Assembly (NCBI GenBank): GCA_964016885.1
Contig: OZ024749.1
Location: forward strand, 37,324,001-37,388,000
DNA: 64,000 nucleotides
Source of the DNA: Eledone cirrhosa
Lineage: Eukaryota
Reading direction: 5' to 3'
The notes under the pieces were generated by a model. It did no database searches. It saw only the letters and a program-made list of their open reading frames with translations, and was not told where the DNA came from. Position 1 is the stretch's first letter. Each line of letters opens with the position of its first letter. Made by a program: the position numbers and the translations under genes. This document shows positions 14,109 to 28,479 of the stretch, in pieces.

Positions 14109-15669
14109 TCTTACGTTCATCCTTACATCTCTATAATTACGCACATGCGTCAGTTTATCCTTATCTGCTTATCATTATCTGTTTCCGCTTGACCAATCAC
14201 TTAGCTGTTCAACAAAATAAGTATGAGACAGAAAATGAAACCATTTTCATGCGTACAAGTTTTATTCGGTTGTCAAGTATGAAATTTGTAGAAAAAAAAA
14301 TGTCTACAAATGTTATACTTGACAACCCAATAAAAAATAAAACTCTTACAGAAGTCGATATAGTCAACTAACATTTCAGTGATGAAAACTGTGAAAGAAG
14401 AAAATAGTAAATTGTCTACACATACTCACATACATGTAGATATACACACGTATGTACAACGTTTGTAAATATGAAAGGTAGTTTCGCAAACACTAACATA
14501 CACAAGGGTAGAAGAGTGGGTGAGGTATATACACCTGGTGGGAAACCCCGTGTGTGATGTGTTTAACACTAATTGAGCAAAACACACGTACATACACACG
14601 TGTATAATGTGTGCATCTTTATATAAACCTGCTTAAACCTGCTTTAATTATGTTTGTGTGAGTGTGCTAAATGAAAACTAATTATTCAGCACAAAAATGA
14701 GAGAAGCAATATTTCATCATCATCATTAAAGAAATAACTATAAAAAAAAAAAAATAAAATAAAAGATAAATTAGTTAAACATCATTTCTTGAATTTATAG
14801 AAATGGTAAAGAAAATAAGGTGGACAACAATTTTTACAGCAATAACAACAAACAAAAGAGTAACAAAAACAACAACAATAGTAGTAATAATAATAATAAT
14901 AATAATGTTTATTGAAAAATAAAAGACAAGACAACCTTAAAAAAAAAACATGAATAGAAAATCAAACTAAAACACACACATAAAAAAACAAAACGAAATA
15001 TAAGTGAAATTATAAGGAAATATAAAAGAGAAAAATTTCTAAAATACACAAAAATTCCTGTGAGATAAAATCACAGGAATTTCGTAATTGACTTGAGGCT
15101 AATTAGAACAGTTTGTTAGTGAGATTCGTGTTGTTGTGGGTGGTAGTGGCTGTCGTTTGTGGTTTAGAAGCGATGTTTGATTTTTTTTTTTTTTTTAGTT
15201 ATTTGTTTTATGTGTAAATCCCATCAGTTTGAATGTCAAGACATAGGGTAGTGATTTGTCAACTAGAGTTTAAATATCTTCTTCTCTAACTCAATCAGTT
15301 ATCTCTTTAGAAAAATATCTCTCGCTTGTTTGATTGACTTTATAAAATAAATAACTGTTATTGCTGCCAATAACACATCCACAACTAAATGAATGGATAT
15401 AAAATGCATACACATGAATATGTACATGTATATGACGGTAGTTGTAGATATATACGTGTATGTGTGTGCATGCATGTATGTGTTTGTATAATACATATAT
15501 ATATATATGTGTGTGTGTGTATAAATATGAGTATGTATATTAGAATATGTGTTAAACATACCGTAGTATTTCAAATATTAACTGAATTGGCGCTCAGTAA
15601 ATGCGAGCAGAGTGGGGAAATGTATATTCTAAGTAGAAAAATGGCAGTGACATCGAAGTTTATATATAT

Positions 15670-15759
15670 ATAATTGTTTCTACTATTGGCACAAGGCCAG
15701 AAATTACCCAGTACATTACTGGTACTTTATTTTATCGACCCCGTAAGGATGAAAGGCAA
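15670..15759 (-). mobile_element. SINE family A, 5'-truncated
   Basis: 3' half of the consensus, flanked by tatataatt on both sides. Confidence 0.85.
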
Positions 15760-15947
15760 TGTATATAATTTTCATAGGATTCGGCTAGTATTGGCCAAGG
15801 CAATGTCTTAATAACGGCACTGGGAGACGTCTTTTAGACTATGATTCATATTTCAGGCCTATATTGGATACCATAGGTCACGCACACACACATGTACATA
15901 TATATATATATATATATACATACGTATATATATATATATGTACAGAT

Positions 15948-16032
<85 letters not shown>

Positions 16033-16119
16033 TATAACAGAATATATAAAGATATACATATATATACACATATATATATACACATATATATATATATATA
16101 AAGATATATATATATATAT

Positions 16120-16153
<34 letters not shown>

Positions 16154-16239
16154 TTATATATATATATATATATATATATCTTTATATATATATATATATA
16201 TATATATATCTTTATATATATATATATATATATATATAT

Positions 16240-16313
<74 letters not shown>

Positions 16314-16369
16314 ATATATATATCTTTATATATATATATATATAAATATAAAGATATATATATATATAT

Positions 16370-16411
<42 letters not shown>

Positions 16412-16625
16412 ATATATATATATATATATAAAGATATATATATATATATATAAAGATATATATATATATAAAGATATATATATATATAAAGATATATATA
16501 TATATATAAAGATATATATATATATATATAAAGATATATATATATATATATATATAAAGATATATATATATATAAAGATATATATATATATATATATAAA
16601 GATATATATATATATATAAATATAA

Positions 16626-16692
<67 letters not shown>

Positions 16693-17204
16693 TAAAGATA
16701 TATATATATATATATATGAGAGAGAGATAATCTACTGTCTGCCAAGACTTCACAGTTGAAACCTATAGAAACTGTCATTAACAACAAGAACACCACTACC
16801 AACAACATCAACAACATCAACAACATCGCCGCCACCAGTAACAATAAGACCAGCAACCAGTAAAGAGAAGTCAAGACGATGTTAGATGTGTGTAATGAAC
16901 GTCTAAATTAAAGAGGAAATCATCAACGATGTCTACGGAATGGTTGGGGAGAGGTCTGGGAGGTAGTGGTGTTGATGGTTGTGGTGAGGGAAGTGTGTGT
17001 GTGTGTGCAAGTGACAGCCGAAGAAATGACACCGTAGATTAATACTTCTTAACTACTGAACCTTGAATATCTCCCCCCCCCCCCACTCTCTCTGTCTCTC
17101 CCCTCTATCTCTCTCTCTCTTTCACCCGCTCGCTTTTCCTTTCTTTCCTCTGTACCTATTTATCCTTTATGGATGAGACACACACATATACATACATACA
17201 TACA

Positions 17205-17237
<33 letters not shown>

Positions 17238-17300
17238 CTATACATACATTTAAAAACAGACACATGTGAATGTATGTATGTATATATATATATACACACA

Positions 17301-17368
<68 letters not shown>

Positions 17369-18932
17369 CGTACATACATACATTCACATGTGTCTGTTTT
17401 TAAATGTTTCTCTTTTAGTTTCAATTATCACTGCCGTCATCATCATTTTCTTCTTCTTCATCGCAGATATTAGTACTGGTTGACCTCGCGATGCCCCCCC
17501 CCCCCACCATCTTTAGACAACAGTAAACACTGACTCACTTTACCCAATTCTTTAGCGTCCATCATAATACGCATGAACATCACACATTCCCTTTTTCCTC
17601 ATTTTATACATATGAGTTCTTAGTGTTGCCTGGAATGGTAATATGCTTATAGAGCCAGACAGAACATCTTACCATTTTCTTATAGATCAAGGATTTATTT
17701 TCTATATATATGAAGATGCATTGTAGTTCTTATTTATTTTAACCATTTTGATACCAAACAGCCTGACACCGTCATTTGTTCTACGACACAAAACTGTTTA
17801 TTTTAAAGTGTTTATATTTATCTAGAGACCTTCCATCATAATTTTATTACGTTTAATTTTATTTACGTTTGGTCCAAATACCAGCTTAAGAATGAAAAAG
17901 CTAGTTATATTACTAAATATCTACACATTCTTCAATATTTTCAAAATGATTTAAAACCACAGGCAATGTCTTTCTTTAGAAACATAGTAACGGAAGTATT
18001 GTCTAATTGATTCAAATTTCTGCTCGTAGTTTTGTAACTCTACTGGAGACAATCTATGTAGAAGAGATAAGGGGCTTAACTGTAAACGTCTTCTACTACA
18101 TACACCTCATTAGCAAGATGTTCTTAAAAAGTTCAAAACAGCACTTACTCAAATACTCAAATACTTCAAATTTTCACAACAATCTAATAGTAAAGTTACT
18201 ATAAACATTCGAATTAACAAATCCATTTTTAGATATTTTTTGCTATAACGTTACTGGGTGTTAGTCTAAGATATTGTCAACCAATAGTGACTGTTGTATA
18301 GCAGGATAAATAACCAAGTCTCTTATTAAATGCTTCTTTGTACGTTTTAAAATGTTATGTTAGGTTAACTAATATATCCCACTTTTATAGTGTAATCTTT
18401 GGTTAGGCAATGATATATCTAACTGCTAACACACAGTATTATTCGATATTAACAACATATCGATTACTATTAGAAAATAATTCTACGTATTCAGACACAA
18501 TTTAATTATTGATGACTTCGCTTTCACACATGCTAAATAAATACCTGTTTGGTTTGATGGAAACAACCAATCCTTTGGACTGAGAGTTTAGAGAAAACGA
18601 ATGAAATATAGGACGGAAGGAATGCTAAACAAACCATACATGAGAATATATTACAGAAGAATGTTTCTCCTAAGATAATTTTTTTATAATAAAAAAAAAT
18701 ATATATTTAAACGGAACTTTAAGTGATATCTTTATAGATATATATTTATGCTGTTGTATATAATTTACTTATCTTTAAATGAAATGTGACGTTTTGAAAC
18801 AAAAATTGTTTTAGAAAGTAAAGTGAATTTATTCGTACCAAGAAAAAACCCAATAAATATTAAATAAAATGTTATTAAGGAATACATTATCTCGTTGAAC
18901 TCCAGAAATTTTAAAAGAAAATCCTCACTACT

Positions 18933-19306
18933 CTAATTTTAACAAGACATTGTAAATACTTTAGAAAGAGAATTTATTAATGTAAATATAAAGAAAATCT
19001 TGTTTATTTTTTAAACTTTACTTAAAAAAAAATAACATCTTATCTCGCGGATCACCAGAATATATTAAAAAAAACAAAAACACTAGGGTATCGTTGAACC
19101 CCAATTAGGGTAAAATACTAATTTTAACAAGACGTAAATACTTTAAAGAGAGAATTTGTTAATGTAAATAAAAAGAAAATCATATTTATTTATTAAACTT
19201 TATTCAAAACAAAACATCCTATCTCGCGGAACACCAGAATGTTCCTTCTTTTTTTTTTTTTCAAAACACTAGGGTATCATCGAACCCCAATTGAGGGTAA
19301 AATACT
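18933..19306. repeat. ~185-bp tandem duplication
   Basis: ctaattttaacaagac...atctcgcgga.caccagaa...cactagggtatc.t.gaaccccaatt.agggtaaaata, twice. Confidence 0.8.
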
Positions 19307-19773
19307 ATATTAGACGGTACCATGTCGTGTTGGGCAGTAATTCATTAACTCGCCACCACGTGGCGTTCAGTACACATTAATATTGAAAGCAAACAGAACA
19401 AATAAAACAGCAGTAAAATATACGGGTTTGAAAAACAGAACAACAACAACCATACAGGTAGATGAACTGTTGTTGATTCGGTAGTTTTGACAGTAAGTAA
19501 AATATCGCTCGTCTATCTATCTCTCTATTCAACAAAACTTTATTCTTTTCAATCACAATGCTGGCCCCAGTGGAAAATGCCAAAAGGTCACACACTTAAC
19601 ACTCACAAGATTTGCCCATCCTCTTTTCGTTATTTTTCTTTATAAACTTTGTTTTCGTTTTCGTTTTTTTCTCTTTCTCATTCTTTTTTTTCTTCTCCTT
19701 ATTCATTTCTCATTTCTCCCCCTCCCTCCCCCATCTATCATCCATCCATTAACAATCTCTTCGCTTATTCAGC

Positions 19774-19862
<89 letters not shown>

Positions 19863-19990
19863 GAGTGTGCGTCTATCCTAATATGTTCGCCACTCCTTCA
19901 TCTCCTCCCGCCACTCCCTTTCCCCCTAACCCACCTTGTTATTCACCCCTCTCCTCAAAGCGCTATTCATCTAGATTTTGTTTCCTCGTT

Positions 19991-20036
<46 letters not shown>

Positions 20037-20076
20037 GTATATGTATATATATATATATATGTATATATATGTATAC

Positions 20077-20114
<38 letters not shown>

Positions 20115-20127
20115 GTATATATGTATA

Positions 20128-20170
<43 letters not shown>

Positions 20171-20171
20171 G

Positions 20172-20216
<45 letters not shown>

Positions 20217-20356
20217 GTTTATATATATATGGTAATGAATATTCCGTTGAGGTATTCCATTAAGAACGTTCAAGAACCGCAATGAAAGGTATCTTGTTAT
20301 TTCGTCCTATTTTAACTCTGATCCAAATATTATATATACATACATACATACATACA

Positions 20357-20439
<83 letters not shown>

Positions 20440-20476
20440 TATATATATATAGATTTATATATATAGATATATATAT

Positions 20477-20607
20477 AAATGCCTTCTCCGGGACTTGAAC
20501 TGTTTCATTCGGAGGAAATCATCAGGAAATGGCAATTAAATATTTGCTCTCTGTTATATGTTGAGTACTTTATTTACTGTCGTTACCCCCGATTGAACAC
20601 GGAATAA
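20477..20607 (+). mobile_element. Family D element
   Basis: gaactgtttcattcggaggaaatcatcagg core plus tail cccgattgaacacggaataa. More degenerate copies occur at 52668-52780, 55190-55285 (-) and 55791-55872. Confidence 0.65.
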
Positions 20608-20651
20608 AGAAACAAACAAATACACACACACACACACATGTATATATATAT

Positions 20652-20855
20652 ACAGGAAAAAGTTTAACACCGACGGCAGAGCTCAAACCGTTTTGACGGC
20701 TATTTCTGGACTGAAATAGTCCAGAAATAGCCGTCGAAACGGCTTGAGCTCTGCCGTCGAAGTTAAACTTTTTCCTATTACCCACCCTACTACCCTAAGT
20801 ATTGAGTTCTCTGGTGCGTTATGGTACACCTGGTTCCTGATCACACCTCCTTCGT

Positions 20856-20857
<2 letters not shown>
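20652..20857 (+). mobile_element. Family B fold-back element
   Basis: ~60-bp arms centred on ggactgaaatagtcc, then the conserved tail; TA flanks. Confidence 0.8.
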
Positions 20858-20902
<45 letters not shown>

Positions 20903-21222
20903 GTGTGTGTGTGAAAAAATGGGGAGAAGAATACTGCAGGTTGCACATGGATAACATGTAATAAAATGAGTCCCTCATCAGTGATTTGCCGACGATCATA
21001 GATATTTCATTGCATTAAAAATCATATACCTCACGTCGGTGCAATAATAACTAAATTAAGTTATTAGGACAATTAAAACGCGTAAAGCGAGTGAGACAAG
21101 TAAACAACAAAGAGGAGAGCTAACCGTAGAGAGGAAGGGAACAAGCTTCATAGTTATTCTGTTAGCATAAGCTAGGTGAATATATGAGCGCTTAGAAAAA
21201 AGACCTTTCGAGATATATATAT

Positions 21223-21606
21223 ATAATTGTTTCTACTTTTGGCACAAGGCCAGCAATTATTCCAGTATATTACTGGTACTTTATTTTATCGACCCCGTAA
21301 GGAGGAAAGGCAAAGTTAACCTCGGCGGGATTTGAACTCAGATCGTAAAGGGACGTAACTATGCTGGAAAGCATGTCCGACACTCTACCGATACTGCCAA
21401 TTCACCGCCCTTTATATATATAATTGTTTCTACTTTAGGCACAAGGCCAGCAAATACCCAGTGCATTACTGGTACTTTATTTTATCGACCCCGTAAGGAT
21501 GAAAGGCAAAGTCAACCTCGGCGGGATTTGAACTCAGATCGTAAAGAGACGTAACTGTGCTGGAAAGCATGGCGTCCGACCCTCTACCGATACTGCCAAT
21601 CCACCG
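21223..21606 (-). mobile_element. Two tandem SINE A copies (21223-21410, 21420-21606)
   Basis: Both near full length, joined by tttatatatataat, with different diagnostic bases. Confidence 0.9.
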
Positions 21607-21899
21607 ATAGTTTTAGCGCTCTACATAGCTGAATACAAGAAATGTAAATCAGAGGTTTTCGAATATTAATAATATTCGACTCGTTTGCAATTATGCAATC
21701 AGCCTCTTTGAGCCATCTGTTATTCTTGCTCTTATGTTGGCATATAAACATATATATAATACTGGATCAGAGTTAAAATAATAGGACTAAACCACAAGAT
21801 ATATATTACGAAGCTGGTCGAAGAGAATCCGTACAGCTCCAGCCGTCACTTAATATTTACAAACCTATAATTCAGAGTGCAAACATACATTAATCACTA

Positions 21900-22194
21900 A
21901 GAGGAACGACTAGGTGAGGGTAATTTTATTTGTATATCATACAATCCCGGAGTGTCGACAGTTTCTGTGGTGCAGTCTGTCAACAATAGTTCCAACTGCA
22001 AGCATTATTCAGTGTAGTTAGGTAATATCTGCAGTCATTACATAACTTGGTGCTGGAAAGCATTTTCTCAGCGGGAAATCGCTTGTGTAAATGAATCATA
22101 CCGTCACAAGTACAGCACATTCAGAGTTGTAGCGACACTTTGCAGCCCCAAGAAAGAAGTTCGGTCAAAAACTGACCATTGTTAAGGAACATGT
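21900..22194 (-). other. Possible terminal exon
   Basis: Strong acceptor tttttcttttcattttccacag, short frame MFLNNGQFLTELLSWGCKVSLQL*, and AATAAA near 21925 on the minus strand. Confidence 0.25.
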
Positions 22195-23182
22195 CTGTGG
22201 AAAATGAAAAGAAAAACACTGTATAGAAGCCAAAGGTTTGAACGAGACCTTTGTAAAGAACAAATACAATTGCAATATATACATACATATAACTATATAT
22301 ATATATGTGTATATGTGTGTATATGTGTGTGTGTACGTGTGTGTGTACGTGTGTGTTTTTATATATTCTTATTTATTATTCCTCCCGCCTCACTTTCATA
22401 TCTGTTATATTTATGTTTTTCAAATCCACTGTCAATAAAGACACCATGATTTTTTTCATTCTAATGAATGAAAGCAATTTTGGTTGCTTTCAAGAAACTC
22501 CTGGTAAATGAAATAATTATCTTATGTTGTTTATTACATAACTATGTGTGTATATATTGAATGAGACAAAATCCGCTAATAAAAATATGTCCAGTAGTAG
22601 CCATCATGTATGATTCTCATGAGGTAGTGTGTTTGATGCAGTGAGTGTCACAGGTTCTCCCATACCATGCCTTCACCATTCTGTTCGTGGGGCTCAGCTG
22701 AGACATACATACTGTCTAGACTCTAGAGTATGTTGTAGAGTCTGTCACCGCTGTCCCTTTCCCGTATTTTCAACATTTAATTTACTGTACTCTTTTTTTT
22801 TTCGTTCCTTTTCTTTATATTTTTAACATGTATCTTCACACAAAAAAATGGAAAATATACACCACCATTTTCCAATTTGTCCTTTTTGCTTTATTTTAAA
22901 GATAGTGGCTCTTTGTGATTTTAGTGATATTTAACTGCTATGTCTAGCATGTTGAACGATTGCATTGAAGTCTTCCCACACTGGTTTATCTGATGGATGC
23001 AGCTTATGCGTGTATTCGTGTGTGTGTGTGTGTGTGTTTGAGTAAATTTGTGTGTGTGTGTGAGTGTATTTGTGCGTGTGTGTGTGTATGAGAGTGCGTT
23101 TATTTGTCTGTATGTGTGTATGTAGCTTTTTCCACTTAGTCATCTCTCATTTTCTTTCTCTCTCTAGTACATACAAATACAG

Positions 23183-23234
<52 letters not shown>

Positions 23235-23443
23235 AGTTCGGACCGTCACTTCTAAACGTCCCAGTGGTCACTCAGAAGTCATTGATGCGAGACCAGAAAT
23301 CTTGTTTAGTCTCCCACTTGCCGTTTTTATTGTTGTTGTTGTTGGCTGTGGGTCATAGTAAACTTTTTATTTCAAACTGTACACACACACACACACATAC
23401 ATACGCGCGCACACACATATATATATATATATACACAAAAACT

Positions 23444-23491
<48 letters not shown>

Positions 23492-23730
23492 TATATGCCT
23501 GTGTACACAAGGATACACATATAGTTCGACACAGACAATTAGGTATGCATAGCATTTGGGAGCTGTGGACGGTTGAGGGTAGTATGGGTGGGTGTGAGTG
23601 AGTGAGTGGACACCCTTTCACCTTTGACACGGCGTCTTAATCATTAATCATTATATTTCTTCATTTTTCATTTAATTACTACTACTACCACCACATCCAC
23701 CACCACCACCACTACTACTATTATTATATA

Positions 23731-23848
23731 TGAGTTCAAATCCCGCGCAGTTTAACTTTGCCTTTCATCCTTACGGGGTCGATAAAATAAAGTACCAGTA
23801 ATGCACTGGTATAATTGCTGGCCTTGTGCCTAAAATAGAAACAATTAT
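23731..23848 (+). mobile_element. SINE family A, 5'-truncated at the B box
   Basis: tgagttcaaatcccg...tagaaacaattat. Confidence 0.85.
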
Positions 23849-23887
23849 TTTATATGGTTATATTTTATGAAGCTTTATATATATATA

Positions 23888-24099
23888 TAACAAAGAAATT
23901 GTGGTAAGGAACCAGATGGACCATAACGCACCAAAGTACTCAATACTTAGGGTAGTAGAGTGGGAATAGGAAAAAGTATGACCCCGACGGCAGAGCTTAA
24001 ACAGCCGTTTCGACGACTATTTCTGGACTAAAGAGCCGGAAATAGTCCAGAAATAGCCGTCGAAACGGCTTGAGCTCTGTCGTCGGGGTCATACTTTTT

Positions 24100-24103
<4 letters not shown>
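23888..24103 (-). mobile_element. Family B fold-back element retaining a CUAAAGA core remnant
   Basis: Arms span about 23967-24103. The plus strand reads CTAAAGA(24028)-gccgg...ccgtc-GAAAC-ggc..gtc-GTC-ggggtc. Confidence 0.8.
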
Positions 24104-24153
<50 letters not shown>

Positions 24154-24490
24154 ACCAACTCCATCCCGTCTCGCTTTCTCATTTCCATCATCCCAGCGTT
24201 GCATGTATGAGGGAAAATGTTTCTCACCAGTGGAAAACGTGTGTAAGCCAAACACAAACAGATGTTGTTGTTGTTGTTGTTGGTGTCAGTTACCTTGGCA
24301 ACGTAGCAGAAACTCTTCTCTTATAAGTACTATCCTAATTTAATTAGTCGATCAATTAAGAAGAATGAGGCAACTTGCATGATGGTGTTTATTGTTTATT
24401 TACGTAATTAACCTATTGATTAAAAGATACCTTAAATATTTTATCCAATTATCTATATGTGTACATATATATTTGTGTTAATATATATAT

Positions 24491-24621
24491 ATAATTGTTT
24501 CTACTTTAGGCACACGGCCAGCAATTACCCAGTGCATTACTGGTACTTTATTTTATCGACCTCGTAAGGATGAAAGGCTAAGTCAACCTCGGCGGGATTT
24601 GAACTCAGATCGTAAAGGGAC
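24491..24621 (-). mobile_element. SINE family A, 5'-truncated
   Basis: Matches the 3' two-thirds of the consensus. Confidence 0.85.
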
Positions 24622-24628
24622 ATATATA

Positions 24629-24676
<48 letters not shown>

Positions 24677-26299
24677 GTGTGTGCGTGCGTGTATATATAT
24701 GTATATATATATATGAATGTACATATATATACCTATATATATATATATATATGAATGTACATATATATACGTATATATAAATGTATATATATATATATAT
24801 GAATGTACATATATATACGTATATATATATATATATATATGAATGTACATATATATACGTAGATATATATATGAATGTAAATATATATACGTATATATAT
24901 ATATAAATGTACATATATATATATAAATGTAGATATATACACGTATATATATATATATATATAAATGTACATATATATACGTATATATAAATGTATATAT
25001 ATATATATATGAATGTACATATATATACGTATATATATATATATATATATGAATGTACATATATATACGTAGATATATATATGAATGTAAATATATATAC
25101 GTATATATATATATAAATGTACATATATATATATAAATGTAGATATATACACGTATATATATATATATATATAAATGTACATATATATACGTATAAATAT
25201 AAATGTACATATATATATATACGTATATATATATACAAATGTACATATATATATACGTATATATATATATAAATGTACATATATATACGTATATATATAA
25301 ATGTACATATATATACGTATATATATAAATGTACATATATATACGTATATATATATATATAAATGTACATATATATACGTATATATATATATATAAATGT
25401 ACATATATATACGTATATATATATATAAATGTATAAATATATACGTATATATATAAATGTACATATATATACGTATATATATAAATGTACATATATATAT
25501 ATGTATATATATATATATATGTAAATGTATATAAATATAATATGTAAGGAAATATTTGTTGTTTTTGTACCAATGCTGTTATATATATATATATATATAT
25601 ATATAAATTGCACAATAATCAAAGCTATGTTCAACTCATTTTCATGCTGACAATCGTTTCTTCCAAACTATCCTTTGGGATCATCGGAGCAGTAGCAATG
25701 TTTGTACATATAATTAACCTCCTATTCAACTGAACAATCATATAGATACATGGATATTAATGTTGTTAACAGTTTCGTATTTACAAGGTGAAATGGATGC
25801 GACATAGATTACAAGAGAATTGTATAATAATTAAAATTACACATTACAAATTAAAAATTAATAATTATAAAGGTACAGAGTGGAATGCAAGCGGCAGAGA
25901 TTATAAGTGAATAGTATAACAATTAAATAGGCATTAAGGTAGAAAGATACTGAATATTACCAGTATACATTAGTAAGACCATCGCTCAGCTAAGTACTCA
26001 ATCTTTTGGAAAATCGAATATGTGTATTGATAAGAGTTTTTTCCCGACGGCAGGTAATCCCATCTTGGGCATTAACTCTTTACACTCCGTATGCCAAACG
26101 CTCGACGGCTTCGCATGCGGAATACAAACGTAAGAAATAAGTAAACGCGGGATTAGAAACCAATGGTAGCAACGGAATTGTGTTGAAATCTCTACACTAT
26201 GATATTCCAGGTCACTATATAGCACAGAGCACTTTATTTTATTTAACTGTTTTACGAAATCATTCAACGCTGCATATATATATATATATATATATATTC

Positions 26300-26630
26300 A
26301 AATTTTGAGTATGTGTTGGTTGTTTACCGACGCCTCAGTATGCAGGCTAGAGCACTCGACGAAGTACGCAGGTTGGTTTGTTTACTCCCGAGTAATGTAA
26401 ATCATTATGATTCCAGTTCCTCGTAGGACTAACAACACACACAGGAGCTGGACATATCGGTGAATTGACAGAGTGGAACACATTTCAACACCATGTTTAC
26501 CTGTTCTTTCTACATTAATTCGTACTGCCTGAAGAGGTCACAGCCAATAATGGCTGTCACTGAAATACATATAGCAGACAATTTATAATAAACGAAGCCA
26601 AATTTAACATGTTTAACTTACTTATTTTAT
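26300..26630 (+). mobile_element. Family C element with its 3' tail inverted in front
   Basis: 26307-26401 is the reverse complement of the 8131-8225 tail; 26405-26630 matches 7902-8110. Confidence 0.7.
26525..26577 (+). ncRNA. Type I hammerhead ribozyme (family C, second copy)
   Basis: CUGC-CUGAAGA-GGUCACAGCCA(auaa)UGGCUGUCACU-GAAA-UACAUA-UA-GCAG; homologous to 8017-8071. Confidence 0.8.
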
Positions 26631-26634
26631 ATGT

Positions 26635-26828
26635 ATATTTAATATAGAAATGGCTTTTACAGGAATAGAACTGTTTCTTTCGGAGGAAATCATCAGGAAA
26701 GCCCTGACGATTTCCTCCGAATGAAACAGTTCTAGTCCTGTAGAAACCATTTTATATATTAAATATTTATACTCTGCTATGTATTGAGTACCTTACTTAC
26801 TGTGGTTACACCCGATTGAACCCTGGAT

Positions 26829-26830
<2 letters not shown>
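26635..26830 (+). mobile_element. Fold-back element family D with two back-to-back hammerhead cores
   Basis: Inverted arms span 26635-26766. Each strand reads CUGA(U/C)GA-U-UUC(cucc)GAA-U/A-GAAA-CAG(8 nt)CUG-UA-(g/a)aa.cc. A unique tail ends at cccgattgaaccc.ggataa. Confidence 0.75.
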
Positions 26831-26863
<33 letters not shown>

Positions 26864-26864
26864 T

Positions 26865-26941
<77 letters not shown>

Positions 26942-26946
<5 letters not shown>

Positions 26947-27069
26947 CACCATACCGAGAACAAATGTTTCACCTTACGCGGTCTCGGTATGGTGAACTAA
27001 TTGTTGTGGAACTATTTCTACCAAACTCGTCCCATGGGGTGAGTGCGCTACTACTACGGGTATAACCCT

Positions 27070-27071
<2 letters not shown>
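26942..27071 (+). mobile_element. Fold-back element; second copy at 58431-58558
   Basis: 18-bp arms tagttcaccataccgaga. The loop on the minus strand and the 58431 copy read ggt-GAAAC-4nt-GTT-ctcgg (hammerhead 3' half). Confidence 0.65.
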
Positions 27072-27106
<35 letters not shown>

Positions 27107-27386
27107 TATAAATTATGTCCATAGAATCATTTGATAAGATATATATTCCATTTCCTCTCCCAATTAGCAAAATCAACCACACAAAAAACCAAATAAACCA
27201 GGCTATAAGATTAAAAGGCACCTATGAAGAAATAATAGATAAATAAACGACAGCTATCTATTCGCGATCAACAGCTATAGAATTTCAATAGCACGTGGAA
27301 ACCGATTAAATACATCGTCAACCATACACAATTAGGTATAAAATTAAATTTAGAAGAAAAAATGCATATACACATACCAGGATTAC

Positions 27387-27468
27387 GTTTCTACCCTTTA
27401 GGGTTTCGTTCGCTTTCGGAAATATCCTATCAAGGATAAATTCTCGAGCTTCGAACTCATCAGGAAAC
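27387..27468 (-). ncRNA. Canonical type I hammerhead ribozyme with extended stem II
   Basis: Minus strand reads GUUUC-CUGAUGA-GUUCG...UAUCCU(ugau)AGGAUA...CGAAC-GAAA-CCC(uaaa)GGG-UA-GAAAC. All three stems pair; G10.1-C11.1; GUA cleavage site. Confidence 0.9.
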
Positions 27469-27813
27469 AAACTCACTTGGACAAAGATTTTTCTTAAATG
27501 ATCCCCGCCAAAAACGAATTCAAAACGGCTAAGAATTGTGACGTGGCAGTGGTCAAGTCAGAAAGAATGTGATTGGTGCCTTACGGCTAGTGGGTTGGTT
27601 GTCAGAAACGCGGCCTAATATTGCCTAAATTGCATCTCAACCTTATGGGAGATTATCAAATATAAAGATTTACATATACACAAACTAGACAAAGTCATAG
27701 CAAAAACATATCTGACTTTGTCTAGTTTGTGTATATGTATATATGTGTATGTGTATATATATATACGTATATATATGTATATATATATGTGTATATATAT
27801 ATATATATATGTG

Positions 27814-27844
<31 letters not shown>

Positions 27845-28345
27845 GTGTATATATATATGTGTATATATATATGTATATATATATGTATATATATGTATAT
27901 GTATATATATATATGTGTATATGTATATATATATATGTGTATATGTATATATATATATGTGTATATGTATATATATATATGTGTATATGTATATATATAT
28001 ATGTGTATAAGTATATATATATATATGTGTATATGTATATATATATATGTGTATAAGTATATATATATATATGTGTATAAGTATATATATATATATGTGT
28101 ATAAGTATATATATATATATATGTGTATAAGTATATATATATGTGTATATGTATATATATATATATATGTGTATATGTATATATATATATATATATGTGT
28201 ATATGTATATATATATATATGTGTATATGTATATATATATATATGTGTATATGTATATATATATGTGTATATGTGTATATGTATATATATATATATGTGT
28301 ATATGTATATATATATGTGTATATGTATATGTGTATATGTATATG

Positions 28346-28378
<33 letters not shown>

Positions 28379-28443
28379 GTATATGTATATATATATGTGT
28401 ATGTGTGTATATGTATATATGTGTATATGTATATGTGTATATG

Positions 28444-28479
<36 letters not shown>

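Noticed and set aside
19320-19620. E-box CACGTG, TAAT-tc-ATTA, TCAGT and AAAGGTCA motifs
   Set aside because: Short motifs expected by chance, with no linked gene.
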